From: Pseudomonadota bacterium
GTDB lineage: Bacteria > Pseudomonadota > Gammaproteobacteria > Steroidobacterales > Steroidobacteraceae
Reading direction: 5' to 3'
Assembly: GCA_016713725.1 (NCBI GenBank)
Contig: JADJOO010000020.1
Location: forward strand, 4,192 to 68,191
Length of the DNA stretch: 64,000 bases
Below, piece by piece: positions 20,534 through 29,623 of the stretch (the first letter of the stretch is position 1; every line of letters begins with the position of its first letter). Under the pieces are notes generated by a model. It was not told where the DNA came from. It searched no databases and worked only from the letters and a program-made list of their open reading frames with translations. A program made the translations under genes and the position numbers.

Positions 20534-20545
20534 ATAAGTGCATAC
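20518..20545. promoter_or_regulatory. NikR operator-like palindrome GTATGA-N16-GCATAC
   Basis: One mismatch to the E. coli NikR operator GTATGA-N16-TCATAC. The arms extend as GGTATG...CATACC. It sits in the divergent TBDR/nikR intergenic region. Confidence 0.65.
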
Positions 20546-20571
20546 CCTAACCCGGCCGTGGAGGCCTCCAG

Positions 20572-21145
20572 ATGCAACGCACGACGATCACGCTCGACGA
20601 CGACTTGATGGAGCGGCTGGATGAGTTCATGGCGGATCGCCGCTACGCCAACCGCAGCGAGGCCATTCGCGACCTGGTGCGCGCCGGCCTCGAGCAGTCG
20701 ACCCTCGATGGCGCAGCCGACGCGCAGTGCCTCGGGGCGGCCATCTACGTCTTCGATCACAACGCCAGGGAGCTCGCGAGCCGGCTCACCCACGCAGCGC
20801 ACGATCATCACGACCTGTCGGTCGCGACGCTGCACGCACCTCGATCACGACAGCTGCATGGAAGTCAACGTCCTGCGCGGGCAAGTCGGCGATGTTCGTC
20901 ACTACGCCGATCACGTCATTGCGGAGCGTGGTGTCCGGCATGGGCGCCTCGTGCTGGTGCCTGCTGAATTTTCGACGGAAACCCATGCGCATGGCGGTGC
21001 GAAGCTTTCGCGACACTCGCATTTGCACGTCAAGCGATCCCTAGGCGGGGCTTCGCCTCATTGCTTGAATGGCCAGAGATCTCGTCGCAACGATCAAACG
21101 GGCGGACTGCGGATAACCGCAGGTCGCGGACCGCGCCCGCCCTGA
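20572..21145 (+). pseudogene. nikR: Nickel-responsive regulator NikR, one frameshift near 20835; 3' end uncertain
   Basis: RHH N-terminus MQRTTITLDDDLMERLDEF...NRSEAIRDLVR. The C-domain HDLSVATLH / HLDHDSCMEVNVLRGQVGDVRHYADHVIAERGVRHGRL continues in the frame of ORF 20621. Confidence 0.8.
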
Positions 21146-21216
21146 CCTAGACTTTCTTCACGAACGCCCGCTGGACACAAAGTCGCAGGACCCACCTCTG
21201 GGTCACGCTGCTGCTG

Positions 21217-21567
21217 TTGCCCGCCCTGGCGTGTCGCATGCTGGTGCCGCCTGGTTTCATGCCGGGCACCGGTGCAGATCATTCGCCCACGATGCAGATG
21301 TGCCACGGCGCCGGGCCGCTGCCGCAGGGCGCGCAATCGCCCGCAAAGGATGATGGACAGCGGCCTGGGAGTCCTGCGCATCACGAATCGCCTTGCGTCT
21401 TTGCGGCCGCCGGCACGGCTGCGCCACCACCGATCACGTTGGCGGTTCTGGATGGTCCCGCAACGCCAGACGCCATTCCGTCGCCACCGGACCTCGCCGT
21501 TGTCTTCCGGACACCGCATCGCGCCAACCCGCCCAGGGCGCCTCCCACCATCGTCAGCCCCGCCTAG
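21217..21567 (+). CDS. DUF2946-family protein (copper-uptake associated)
   Basis: LLLLPALACRMLVPPGFMP...MQMCH...HHESPCVF pattern, directly upstream of an OprC-like TBDR. The start codon is unclear (TTG 21217). Confidence 0.55.
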   Translation: MPALACRMLVPPGFMPGTGADHSPTMQMCHGAGPLPQGAQSPAKDDGQRPGSPAHHESPCVFAAAGTAAPPPITLAVLDGPATPDAIPSPPDLAVVFRTPHRANPPRAPPTIVSPA

Positions 21568-21815
21568 GGCTCGACTGCCCGTTTGAGGCTGGGCGCCTGC
21601 ATTGGCGCCCCGGCCTCGGCCCGCCGGGCATCCGCTGTCCTGCCCGTAGTTCCATCTCGACCGCTGCACACATGAGCGGCGGTCGTGGGCTGCGCATGGC
21701 ATCGCGATGAATCGGTGACAGCCAACCGCAACGACACCGGGCGGTGCTTGAAGGCGACCCAGCGGGGCCTCGGCAAAGCTCCCACTCCTTGATTTTGATT
21801 TTGGAGTCTGAAGAC

Positions 21816-24157
21816 ATGCGACCTCGTCCGATTGCAGTTACCGTGTTCCCTTGGCCCTCTACGCCGCCCAGGGTGTGGCGGCGGATAGTGCCCCCAACCT
21901 CGAAGAAATCATGGTCACGGCCCGGCGGATTCTCACGCCCGGCCTCGGCGCCATCGGCCTCGATGGCGCCGAGATTGCCCGCAAACGCGCCCGCACCAGC
22001 GACACCGCCAGTCTGCTCGCGGGCCTTCCAGGGGTCAGCGTCTATGGCGCCGGAGGAGTTTCCAGTCTGCCGGTCATCCGCGGCCTCGCGGACGACCGCC
22101 TGCGCACGCAGGTGGACGGCATGGACCTCGTGGCCGCCTGTCCCAACCACATGAACTCACCACTCTCCTATATCGACCCCACGGCCGTGGCCAGCGCCGA
22201 CGTTTACGCTGGCGTCACGCCGGTGAGCGTCGGCGGCGACAGCATCGGCGGCAGCATCGTGGTGCGTTCTGCGGACCCCGCGTTCGCGCAGCCTGGCTCT
22301 CATCTTGTGCAGGGTGAAGCCGGCACGTTCTATCGCGGCAACGGTGATGGATGGGGCGGAAATCTCTCCGGCACGTTCGCTACGGAAACCTTCAGCCTCA
22401 ACTACACCGGCGCCTTCGCCCAGGCCGACAACTACCAGGCTGGCGACAGCTTCAAGCACTACACGTTCACCGGTCGGGCGGGCCACACGCTACCCACCGC
22501 CGAAGTCGGATCCACGGCCTACGACTCCCGCAACCAGACAGTCCGGCTTGCATGGCGCAGTGGCAGTCACCTGCTGGATTTCAGTTACGGCTTCCAGGAC
22601 ATCCCGTACGAGCTCTATGCCAACCAGCGCATGGACATGGCGGAGAACCAGAGCGACCGGTTCAACCTTGCCTACACCGGCGGTCTCGACTGGGGAACCC
22701 TGCAGGCGCGGGTGTACTACCAGCACACCGAGCACGAGATGGACTTCGGCGACGACAAGCGCTTCTGGTACGGACCGGGACAGCCGCCAAGCGGGTCAGG
22801 CGGGGATACAGCCCTGAACGGCTCACCCTGCTCGCCGATCTCCGGCTCGATGATGGTGAGCGGCCAGATTGTCGGTTGCGCTGCCGGCATGCCGATGATG
22901 ACTGACGGCAGGAATACGGGAGTCTCCGTCAGCGCGGCGATCCCGCTGGCCGAGCAGAGTCTGCTGCGCGTCGGTGGCGAGTATCAGGAGAATCGGCTGG
23001 ACGACTGGTGGCCGCCCTCCGGTGCGGGCATGTGGCCGTACGATTTCCTGAACCTGAACGACGGACAGCGTGACCGCTACGCCGCTTATGGTGAATGGGA
23101 GATTGGCAACGAACGCTGGACGCATATCCTGGGCGCCCGCTTTGAAACCGTGAACATGAGTGCAGTCCCGGTTCACGGCTACAACCTCGACTCGTATCCG
23201 ACCAGCGGCGTTGGCGGCATGGGCAACCAGACGCGAGACGCGGCGCTGTTCAACGCCAGCTCACGCGGCAAGACGGACGACAACTGGGACCTCTCATGGA
23301 TCGGCCGCTTCGTACCGGGCGCGACTCAGGCTTACGAGATCGGCCTGGCGCAGAAGACCCGCTCGCCCAACCTGTATGAGCGCTACACCTGGTCCACGTG
23401 GCAGATGGCGGCGTTCATGAACAACTTCGTCGGCGACGGCAACGGCTACGTGGGGGACGTGAACCTGAAGCCGGAGGTGGCTCGCACAGTGAGCCTCACG
23501 GCCAACTGGCACGATGCCGATTCCGAGCAATGGAGTGCCAAACTGACACCGTACTACACGGACGTGCAGGACTACATCGACGCGGTGCAATGGGATGCCG
23601 TGACGAACACGCGCCGCGCCGTGCCCGTGGTCGGCAACTTTACCGTGCTCCGGTACGCCAACCAGTCCGCCCAACTCTACGGCGCAGACCTTGCGGCTGA
23701 CTACCGGCTGACAGACACGACCGATTACGGGAAGTTCTCAGCCCAGCTCGTGGCGAGCTACACCAGGGGCAGGAACGAGGATACGGATGGCAACCTCTAC
23801 AACATCATGCCGCTGAACGCCAAGCTGGCTTTCACGCAAGAACTCGGCTCGTGGCGCAATGCCCTGGAGGGCGAATTCGTGGCGGCGAAGGATGACGTCT
23901 CCGCGGTGCGCAACGAAATGCAGACCGCGGGCTACGGTCTTGCGCACCTGCGCAGCCGCTACGAGCGAGCCACCTGGAGCGTGGAGGTCGGCATCGAGAA
24001 CCTGTTCGACCGTTACTACGAGCTGCCGCTGGGCGGCGCTTACGTCGGTCAGGGCACGACGATGACGGTCCCGCCCGTGCCCAACCAGCCGCAATGGGGC
24101 ACTCCGGTGCCCGGTGCGGGCCGTTCAATATATGCGAGCGTCAACATGAAGTTCTAA
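21816..24157 (+). CDS. OprC/NosA-like TonB-dependent copper receptor (frame break in the signal-peptide region near 21845; ORF intact from 21851)
   Basis: ATG at 21816 with GGAG upstream encodes MRPRPIAVTV... and joins LALYAAQGVAADS. Plug EEIMVTARR; CPNHM (CxxxM) and HEM (HxM) motifs; terminal ...SVNMKF. Confidence 0.8.
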
Positions 24158-24170
24158 AGCCAGCCTGCGA

Positions 24171-24292
24171 GCGCCGTGCAATTTTCCGGCGTGCCGGGAA
24201 ATTGCTCAGGCGCTGAATCGCGAGCGTTCGGTCCGGGGCCTTTCCCGGAGCGCGTGTCTGCCTTTCCAAGCTCCGGGAAAGGCTCCGGATCG
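24171..24292 (+). repeat. Two-hairpin repeat element, copy B (3' of the plus-strand OprC-like TBDR gene)
   Basis: 12-bp hairpin 24178-24189/24194-24205 (loop CGTG). Then a 22-bp stem 24229-24250/24271-24292 around the same loop sequence as copy A. Confidence 0.7.
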
Positions 24293-24393
24293 GACGCCCG
24301 CTATCACTCCTTGAGCACTCGTCCCGCATACCCAAAGCAGCAACACGCCCAGCAGCGACGAACAACCGCTACTGGACGCGTCAGGTGCGCCGG

Positions 24394-25842
24394 TCAGGCC
24401 TGCTGCCGGATCCGCGAATGCTTGTAGCCGTACAGGAAGTAGATGAGGAAGCCGAGTCCAGTCCAAAGCGCCAGCCGGATCCACGTGTCGTGCGGCAGGA
24501 AGAGCGTCATGGCGAGGCAGATTGCCACGCCGGCCACGCCGGTGAAGGTGGCGAACGGCACGCGGAACGGACGCGGCGTATCTGGCTGCGTGCGGCGCAG
24601 CACGACAACGCCGGCGCACACCGCGCTGAATGCCAGCAGGATACCGATCGAGATCAATTCGCCAAGCACGTCGAGTGGAAAGATGCCGGCAAAGAACGCA
24701 GCGACCAAGCCGGTGATGATCGTAGCAACGTGCGGCGTGCGGTACTTCGGATGCACCTTCTGCATCGACGGCGGCAGCAGGCCATCGCGCGACATTGCCA
24801 TGAAAATGCGCGGCTGGCCGAGCAGCGACATCAGGATCACGGAGGTGAGGCCGACGATCGCACCGATCTTGACCGGCAGGCCGAGCCACTTCAGCTCCGG
24901 ATGGGCGTCGAGCGCGACCGCGACCGGTGCGGCGACGTTGAGTTCCGTGTACGACACCATGCCGGTCATCACGGCAGACATAAGGACATAGAGCACCGTC
25001 GAGATGAGCAGTGCCGCGATGATGCCCCACGGTACGTCGCGCTGCGGATTGCGGGCTTCCTGCGCCGTCGTCGCGGCCTGGTCGAAGCCGATGTAGGCAA
25101 AGAAGATGATTGCGGCGCCCTGCATGATGCCACTGAAGCCGAATTGTCCGGAGGTGCCTGTATTGGCGGGAAGGTAGGGCTGCCAGAGGTCGGGTGTCAC
25201 GTATTTGATGCCGACCGCGATGAACAGGACGATGATCAGGATCTTGATGATCACCATCACGTTATTGACGCGGGTCGACTGCTTCACGCCGACGTAACAC
25301 ACCCAGGTGAGCAGCGCGACGATCAGCACGGCCGGCACGTTGACCAGGGCGCCCGTCCTCACCAGGTGATTTTCCGCGCCTTTGCCAAGCGGCGCATTGG
25401 TGAGCGCGTCGGGCAGGTGGAGGCCGAATTCGGCGAGCAGGTTGACGACGTAGCCCGACCATCCGACCGCGACGGCAGCGCCCGACATCACGTATTCCAG
25501 CGCGAGGTTCCAGCCGACGAACCAGGCGACACCCTCGCCGAGCGTCGCGTACGTATAGCTGTAGGCGCTGCCCGAGATCGGGATCATCGAGGCCAGCTCG
25601 GCATAGCAGAGCGCGGCCAGACCGCAGCCGATGGCGGCCACGAGGAAGGCGAGGGTGACGGCGGGGCCAGTGTGCTGGGCGGCCACGGTGCCCGTCAGGA
25701 CGAAAATGCCGCTGCCGATCATCGAGCCCAGGCCGACGGAGGTCAGCGCTCGGCGGTCCAGTACGCGATTCAGCTTGGGCCCGGATTCGATTTCGCGAGT
25801 CATCGCAGCCACCGATTTGCGGGCTGCCAGCTGTTTCAGCAC
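24394..25842 (-). CDS. APC-family amino acid permease
   Basis: 12-TM profile with SVGLGSMIGSGIFVLTG and AELASMIPISGSAYSY motifs. Confidence 0.9.
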   Translation of the reverse strand: MLKQLAARKSVAAMTREIESGPKLNRVLDRRALTSVGLGSMIGSGIFVLTGTVAAQHTGPAVTLAFLVAAIGCGLAALCYAELASMIPISGSAYSYTYATLGEGVAWFVGWNLALEYVMSGAAVAVGWSGYVVNLLAEFGLHLPDALTNAPLGKGAENHLVRTGALVNVPAVLIVALLTWVCYVGVKQSTRVNNVMVIIKILIIVLFIAVGIKYVTPDLWQPYLPANTGTSGQFGFSGIMQGAAIIFFAYIGFDQAATTAQEARNPQRDVPWGIIAALLISTVLYVLMSAVMTGMVSYTELNVAAPVAVALDAHPELKWLGLPVKIGAIVGLTSVILMSLLGQPRIFMAMSRDGLLPPSMQKVHPKYRTPHVATIITGLVAAFFAGIFPLDVLGELISIGILLAFSAVCAGVVVLRRTQPDTPRPFRVPFATFTGVAGVAICLAMTLFLPHDTWIRLALWTGLGFLIYFLYGYKHSRIRQQA

Positions 25843-25916
25843 GAAGCTCTCCCCCTTTGCGAATTTGGCCCAAGTCTCTCACAGCCGCCCGGGCAGCCGC
25901 ATCCCGTTGCCTTATC

Positions 25917-27422
25917 ATGGAGGCAATGACGCCGAAGACGCCAGAAGCCAGCGCCTCGCCCGACTGGACCAGGCCACGTCCCATCGACACCACGTATTGG
26001 GTCGTGCCGGGCCGGTTCCTGGTGGGAGAACATCCGGGCTCGCGGTCACGCGCCCGGTCGATGGATCGGTTGCGCCGGTTCCTCGAGGCCGGCATCACCT
26101 GCTTCATCGACCTGACCGAGCCGGACGAAAGTTCCGCCTATGACCGGCATTTGCCGTTCGAAACATCGTCGGGACGGCGCATCGACTATCGGCGCCAGCC
26201 GATTCCGGATCACGGCGTACCGGCCGACCGCGCCACCATGGACCGTATCCTGGCGATGCTGGACGACGCCCTCTCAACCGGCCACGGCGTGTACCTGCAC
26301 TGCCGGGCCGGCATCGGCCGCAGCGCGACAGTCGCCGGCTGCTGGCTTGCCGAACGCAATCCGGGCGGGGGTGAGGCAGCGCTCACCGAGCTGGGCGACT
26401 ACTGGCGACAGTGCCGGCAATCGAGGTCATGGCCGCAGGTGCCGGAAACCAGCGAGCAGGAGGAATTCGTACGCAACTGGCAACCGTTGCGGCCAGGGGT
26501 GAAAGGCGTCGCAAAATCGTCGGGGCCGGCCAGGGGTCTTGCGCTGGAGCAGCGCGTGCGCGGGGGTTGGTTCGGGCTCGCGCTGGGCGATGCGCTCGGC
26601 GCAACGAGCGCAGCCGCGGCAACGAGGAACCTGCCGCTGGCATGGACACAGCACACGTCGCTCGCGCTCTGCCTCGCCGAAAGCCTGAACGCCCTCGGGC
26701 GCAGCGATGCGCGTGACCAGATCGAGCGCTACTGGCGTTGGTTCAAGGATGGACACCTGACGGCTACGGGTCAGCCCGGCGAAACCGGCGCGTCGCCCGA
26801 TGTCGCGAAAGCGCTGGCGACCTTCCGCTGGCGCGGCTTGCCGGTGGCCGGTTCGCACGATCCGAAGGACGCCGCCGCGACGAGCTTGCCGCGCGTCCTC
26901 GCTGCCGCGCTGTTTGCGGGTAACAATCCCGCAGGTGCCATCGCACTTGCTGCCGAGTGTTCGCGCACCACCCATCAGTCGCCCCTGGTCCTCGACACCT
27001 GTCGCGCCTACTCGGCGATGTTGCTTTGCGCACTGCGCGGGCAGCCGGCGCACGACTGGTTGCGGGCCGTTCCCGAACCCCTGCCCGGGTGCTGGACAGC
27101 CAAGCCGTTGCGCAAAGACGTTCAGGCTGCGGTTGCCACCGCGCCGCCTGCCGAAGGCGCCACGGCGACCGGTGGCACGATCGACGTGGTGCAGGCGCTC
27201 GCACTCGCGCGTCGTATCGCCGGCGACGCAAAAGATTTCGATGCCGCCATCGTTGCGACAAGACGCAACGCGGGCGACGAGGCAGCCCTGGTCGCAGGGC
27301 TCGTCGGCACGATGTTCGGCCTGCAGCACGGTATGGACGTGCTGCCCCCGGATGCAAGCTCGGCCGGCTCGCGGGCCGCACGCACCTCGAAGTTACGGTC
27401 GATCATTGCGTTGCGCGCCTGA
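25917..27422 (+). CDS. Fusion protein: dual-specificity/Cys-phosphatase domain plus ADP-ribosylglycohydrolase (ARH)-like domain
   Basis: HCRAGIGRS P-loop (CX5R) with upstream PIPDHG. The C-terminal ARH fold is marked by GLALGDALGA, SRTTHQSP and LVAGLVGTMFG. Confidence 0.75.
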   Translation: MEAMTPKTPEASASPDWTRPRPIDTTYWVVPGRFLVGEHPGSRSRARSMDRLRRFLEAGITCFIDLTEPDESSAYDRHLPFETSSGRRIDYRRQPIPDHGVPADRATMDRILAMLDDALSTGHGVYLHCRAGIGRSATVAGCWLAERNPGGGEAALTELGDYWRQCRQSRSWPQVPETSEQEEFVRNWQPLRPGVKGVAKSSGPARGLALEQRVRGGWFGLALGDALGATSAAAATRNLPLAWTQHTSLALCLAESLNALGRSDARDQIERYWRWFKDGHLTATGQPGETGASPDVAKALATFRWRGLPVAGSHDPKDAAATSLPRVLAAALFAGNNPAGAIALAAECSRTTHQSPLVLDTCRAYSAMLLCALRGQPAHDWLRAVPEPLPGCWTAKPLRKDVQAAVATAPPAEGATATGGTIDVVQALALARRIAGDAKDFDAAIVATRRNAGDEAALVAGLVGTMFGLQHGMDVLPPDASSAGSRAARTSKLRSIIALRA

Positions 27423-27444
27423 CGGCGACGGGCGGAGTGGCGAA

Positions 27445-28482
27445 GTGAAACCTCGTCGGCGCCGGTTGCGCGAACCTGCGTGGACGCGGCTCGACGATGA
27501 GGCGCTGCTCGACATGCGCCTCTGCGACCTGCGCCTGTCGCTTGCACGGTCGGGCCTCGACCAGCCGGTGCAACGCCTCTACGAGGAATTGCGGCTCAAG
27601 GGCATCCTCTTCCGTCCGCATGTCTGGCTGTCCGAAGAATGGTTCTCGCCGGACGGCGTTCCCGGGATCGCCGTGCCGTTCTTCCTGGCGCATCCGCGGC
27701 TGCAGCGCCTCGAACGGCGCTTCATGCGCGAGGTCGAGGGTGGCAACGACAAGTGGCTGATGCGCATCCTGCGCCACGAAACCGGGCATGCGATCGACAC
27801 TGCGTTCGGGCTGCGGCGGCGCAAGACCTGGCGCGACACGTTCGGCAAGGCCTCGCGCCGATATCCGTCGCGGTATTCCCCGCGGCCAGCCAGCCGCCGG
27901 TTCGTGCTGCACCTCGGCCACTGGTACGCGCAGAGTCATCCCACCGAAGATTTCGCCGAAACGTTCGCCGTCTGGCTGCCGCGCAGATCGCGCTGGCGCA
28001 GCCAGTACGCCGGCTGGCCCGCGCTGCGCAAGCTCGAATACGTCGACGCGACGATGCGCAACCTGCATGGCAAGCGCGCGGTGTGCCTGAACCGCGATGT
28101 CGTCGAGCCGCTGGCCGAGAATACCCGCACGCTGCGCGAACACTATCGGCGCAAACAGCGGCGTTACGAACTCAACACCGCGCGCACTTACGATCGTCGC
28201 CTGCTGCGCGTGTTCGGCACCGCAGAGGATCACCCGTCCGGGCCGCAGGCCAGCAGGTTCCTGCGCAAGGTGCAGCCGCAGGTCGAGCGGTTGATGATTC
28301 GTCGCGCGAGAATGCACCCGTACCTGGTCCAGCACGTCCTGAAAATAGCGACCCAGCGCGCACGCCGCATGAACCTGCGGCTCAGTCACAACCAGCGCGA
28401 CACCAAGCGTGCGGTGCTGGTGATGCTCGAGCGCATCATGCTTGAGATGTTGCTGCGGGACCGCGAGAACTACGCCCTATGA
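27445..28482 (+). CDS. Putative zinc metallopeptidase (HExxH), conserved partner of the downstream ATP-grasp gene
   Basis: LRHETGHAID motif and HPTEDFAETFAVW. GTG at 27445 lies 22 nt after the upstream stop. The stop overlaps the next start (ATGA). Confidence 0.7.
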   Translation: MKPRRRRLREPAWTRLDDEALLDMRLCDLRLSLARSGLDQPVQRLYEELRLKGILFRPHVWLSEEWFSPDGVPGIAVPFFLAHPRLQRLERRFMREVEGGNDKWLMRILRHETGHAIDTAFGLRRRKTWRDTFGKASRRYPSRYSPRPASRRFVLHLGHWYAQSHPTEDFAETFAVWLPRRSRWRSQYAGWPALRKLEYVDATMRNLHGKRAVCLNRDVVEPLAENTRTLREHYRRKQRRYELNTARTYDRRLLRVFGTAEDHPSGPQASRFLRKVQPQVERLMIRRARMHPYLVQHVLKIATQRARRMNLRLSHNQRDTKRAVLVMLERIMLEMLLRDRENYAL

Positions 28483-29510
28483 CCAAGAAACCCCTGCGCG
28501 TGCTCGTGCTCGTGCACGAAACGCTGGTGCCTCCCGAGTCCACCGACGGCTACTCTCCACAGGAGGTCGACGAGTGGCGCACCGAGTACGACGTGACCTC
28601 GTCGCTGAAGGCGATGGGGCACGAGGTGAGGGCGCTTGGCATGGGCGACAACCTGGCCGAACTGCGCTCCACGATCATGGAGTGGAAGCCCGACATCGCC
28701 TTCAACCTGCTCGAGGAATTCCAGGGCATCGTCACGTACGACCAGTACGTGGTGGCCTTTCTGGAGCTGATGCGGCTGCCGTACACCGGCTGCAACCCGC
28801 GCGGCATGATGATCTCGCGCGACAAGGTGCTGTCGAAGCAGATTCTCGCCTACCACCGCATTCCCACCGCGCGGTACGCGCTGCTGCCGCGCAAGCGCCG
28901 CTATGTCGAGCCGCGCAAACTCAAATTCCCGCTGTTCGTCAAGTCGGCCACCGAGGATGCCTCGCTCGGCATCTCGCAGGCCTCGATCGTCTACGACGGC
29001 CAGAAGCTGCGGGAGCGAGTCGAGTTCATCCACGAGCAGACGAATTCGGATGCTCTGGTCGAGGAGTACATCGAAGGCCGCGAACTCTACATCGGCGTGA
29101 TGGGCAACGAGAGGCTGACGACCCTGCCGGTGTGGGAACTCAATTTCGGCACGCTGCCCGACGTGATGTCGATCGCGACGCGCAAGGTGAAGTGGGACCG
29201 CAAGTACCAGGTGCGGCACGGCATCGGCACGGGTCCCGCCCTTGATTTGCCGCCCGGCCTGTCGCCGCGGCTCGCCACACTCGTGCGGCGCATCTATCGC
29301 GCGCTGTCACTCAGCGGGTATGCGCGAATCGACTTGCGCTTGAAGCCGGACGGCGGGGTGTACGTGCTCGAGGCAAATGCGAATCCCAACCTCGCCCAGA
29401 TCGAGGATTTCGCGACCTCGGCGCTCGCTTGCGGCATGGAATACGACGCCGTGCTGGAGCGGATCCTGCAGTACGGGCAGAACTACGACGCGGCATGGCG
29501 GCAGTCCTGA
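28479..29510 (+). CDS. ATP-grasp protein, D-alanine--D-alanine ligase family
   Basis: LRVLVLVHE...KPDIAFNLLEEF..., FPLFVKSATEDASLGI, EEYIEGRELYIGV, ARIDLRL...YVLEANANPNL. Confidence 0.85.
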   Translation: MTKKPLRVLVLVHETLVPPESTDGYSPQEVDEWRTEYDVTSSLKAMGHEVRALGMGDNLAELRSTIMEWKPDIAFNLLEEFQGIVTYDQYVVAFLELMRLPYTGCNPRGMMISRDKVLSKQILAYHRIPTARYALLPRKRRYVEPRKLKFPLFVKSATEDASLGISQASIVYDGQKLRERVEFIHEQTNSDALVEEYIEGRELYIGVMGNERLTTLPVWELNFGTLPDVMSIATRKVKWDRKYQVRHGIGTGPALDLPPGLSPRLATLVRRIYRALSLSGYARIDLRLKPDGGVYVLEANANPNLAQIEDFATSALACGMEYDAVLERILQYGQNYDAAWRQS

Positions 29511-29623
29511 CTACGCGCCGATGATCTGAGGCGTGCGAGTGGCGGCGGCGCCTTGTCGCGAGCGCGAGTGTGCCTCTTGGCCCAAGCTCAGGGACAGGCG
29601 CCTGATCGCACGCCTGGATCGGT

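Noticed and set aside
21568-21815. A possible cobalamin (or other) riboswitch in the 250-nt leader of the OprC-like TBDR gene (contains GGTGACAGCCAACCGCAACGAC)
   Set aside because: Only a partial resemblance to the GCAAC-containing core. There is no B12 box (AGCCAGGAGACCTGCC-like) and no GGGAA/CCGGTG...CCGG helices. A copper receptor is not expected to be B12-controlled. An Rfam scan would settle it.
26800-28482. A 560-aa ORF extending the metallopeptidase 215 codons upstream
   Set aside because: The extension overlaps the ARH-like gene out of frame and reads as Arg/Pro/Ala-rich noise. Homology-like sequence starts at GTG 27445.
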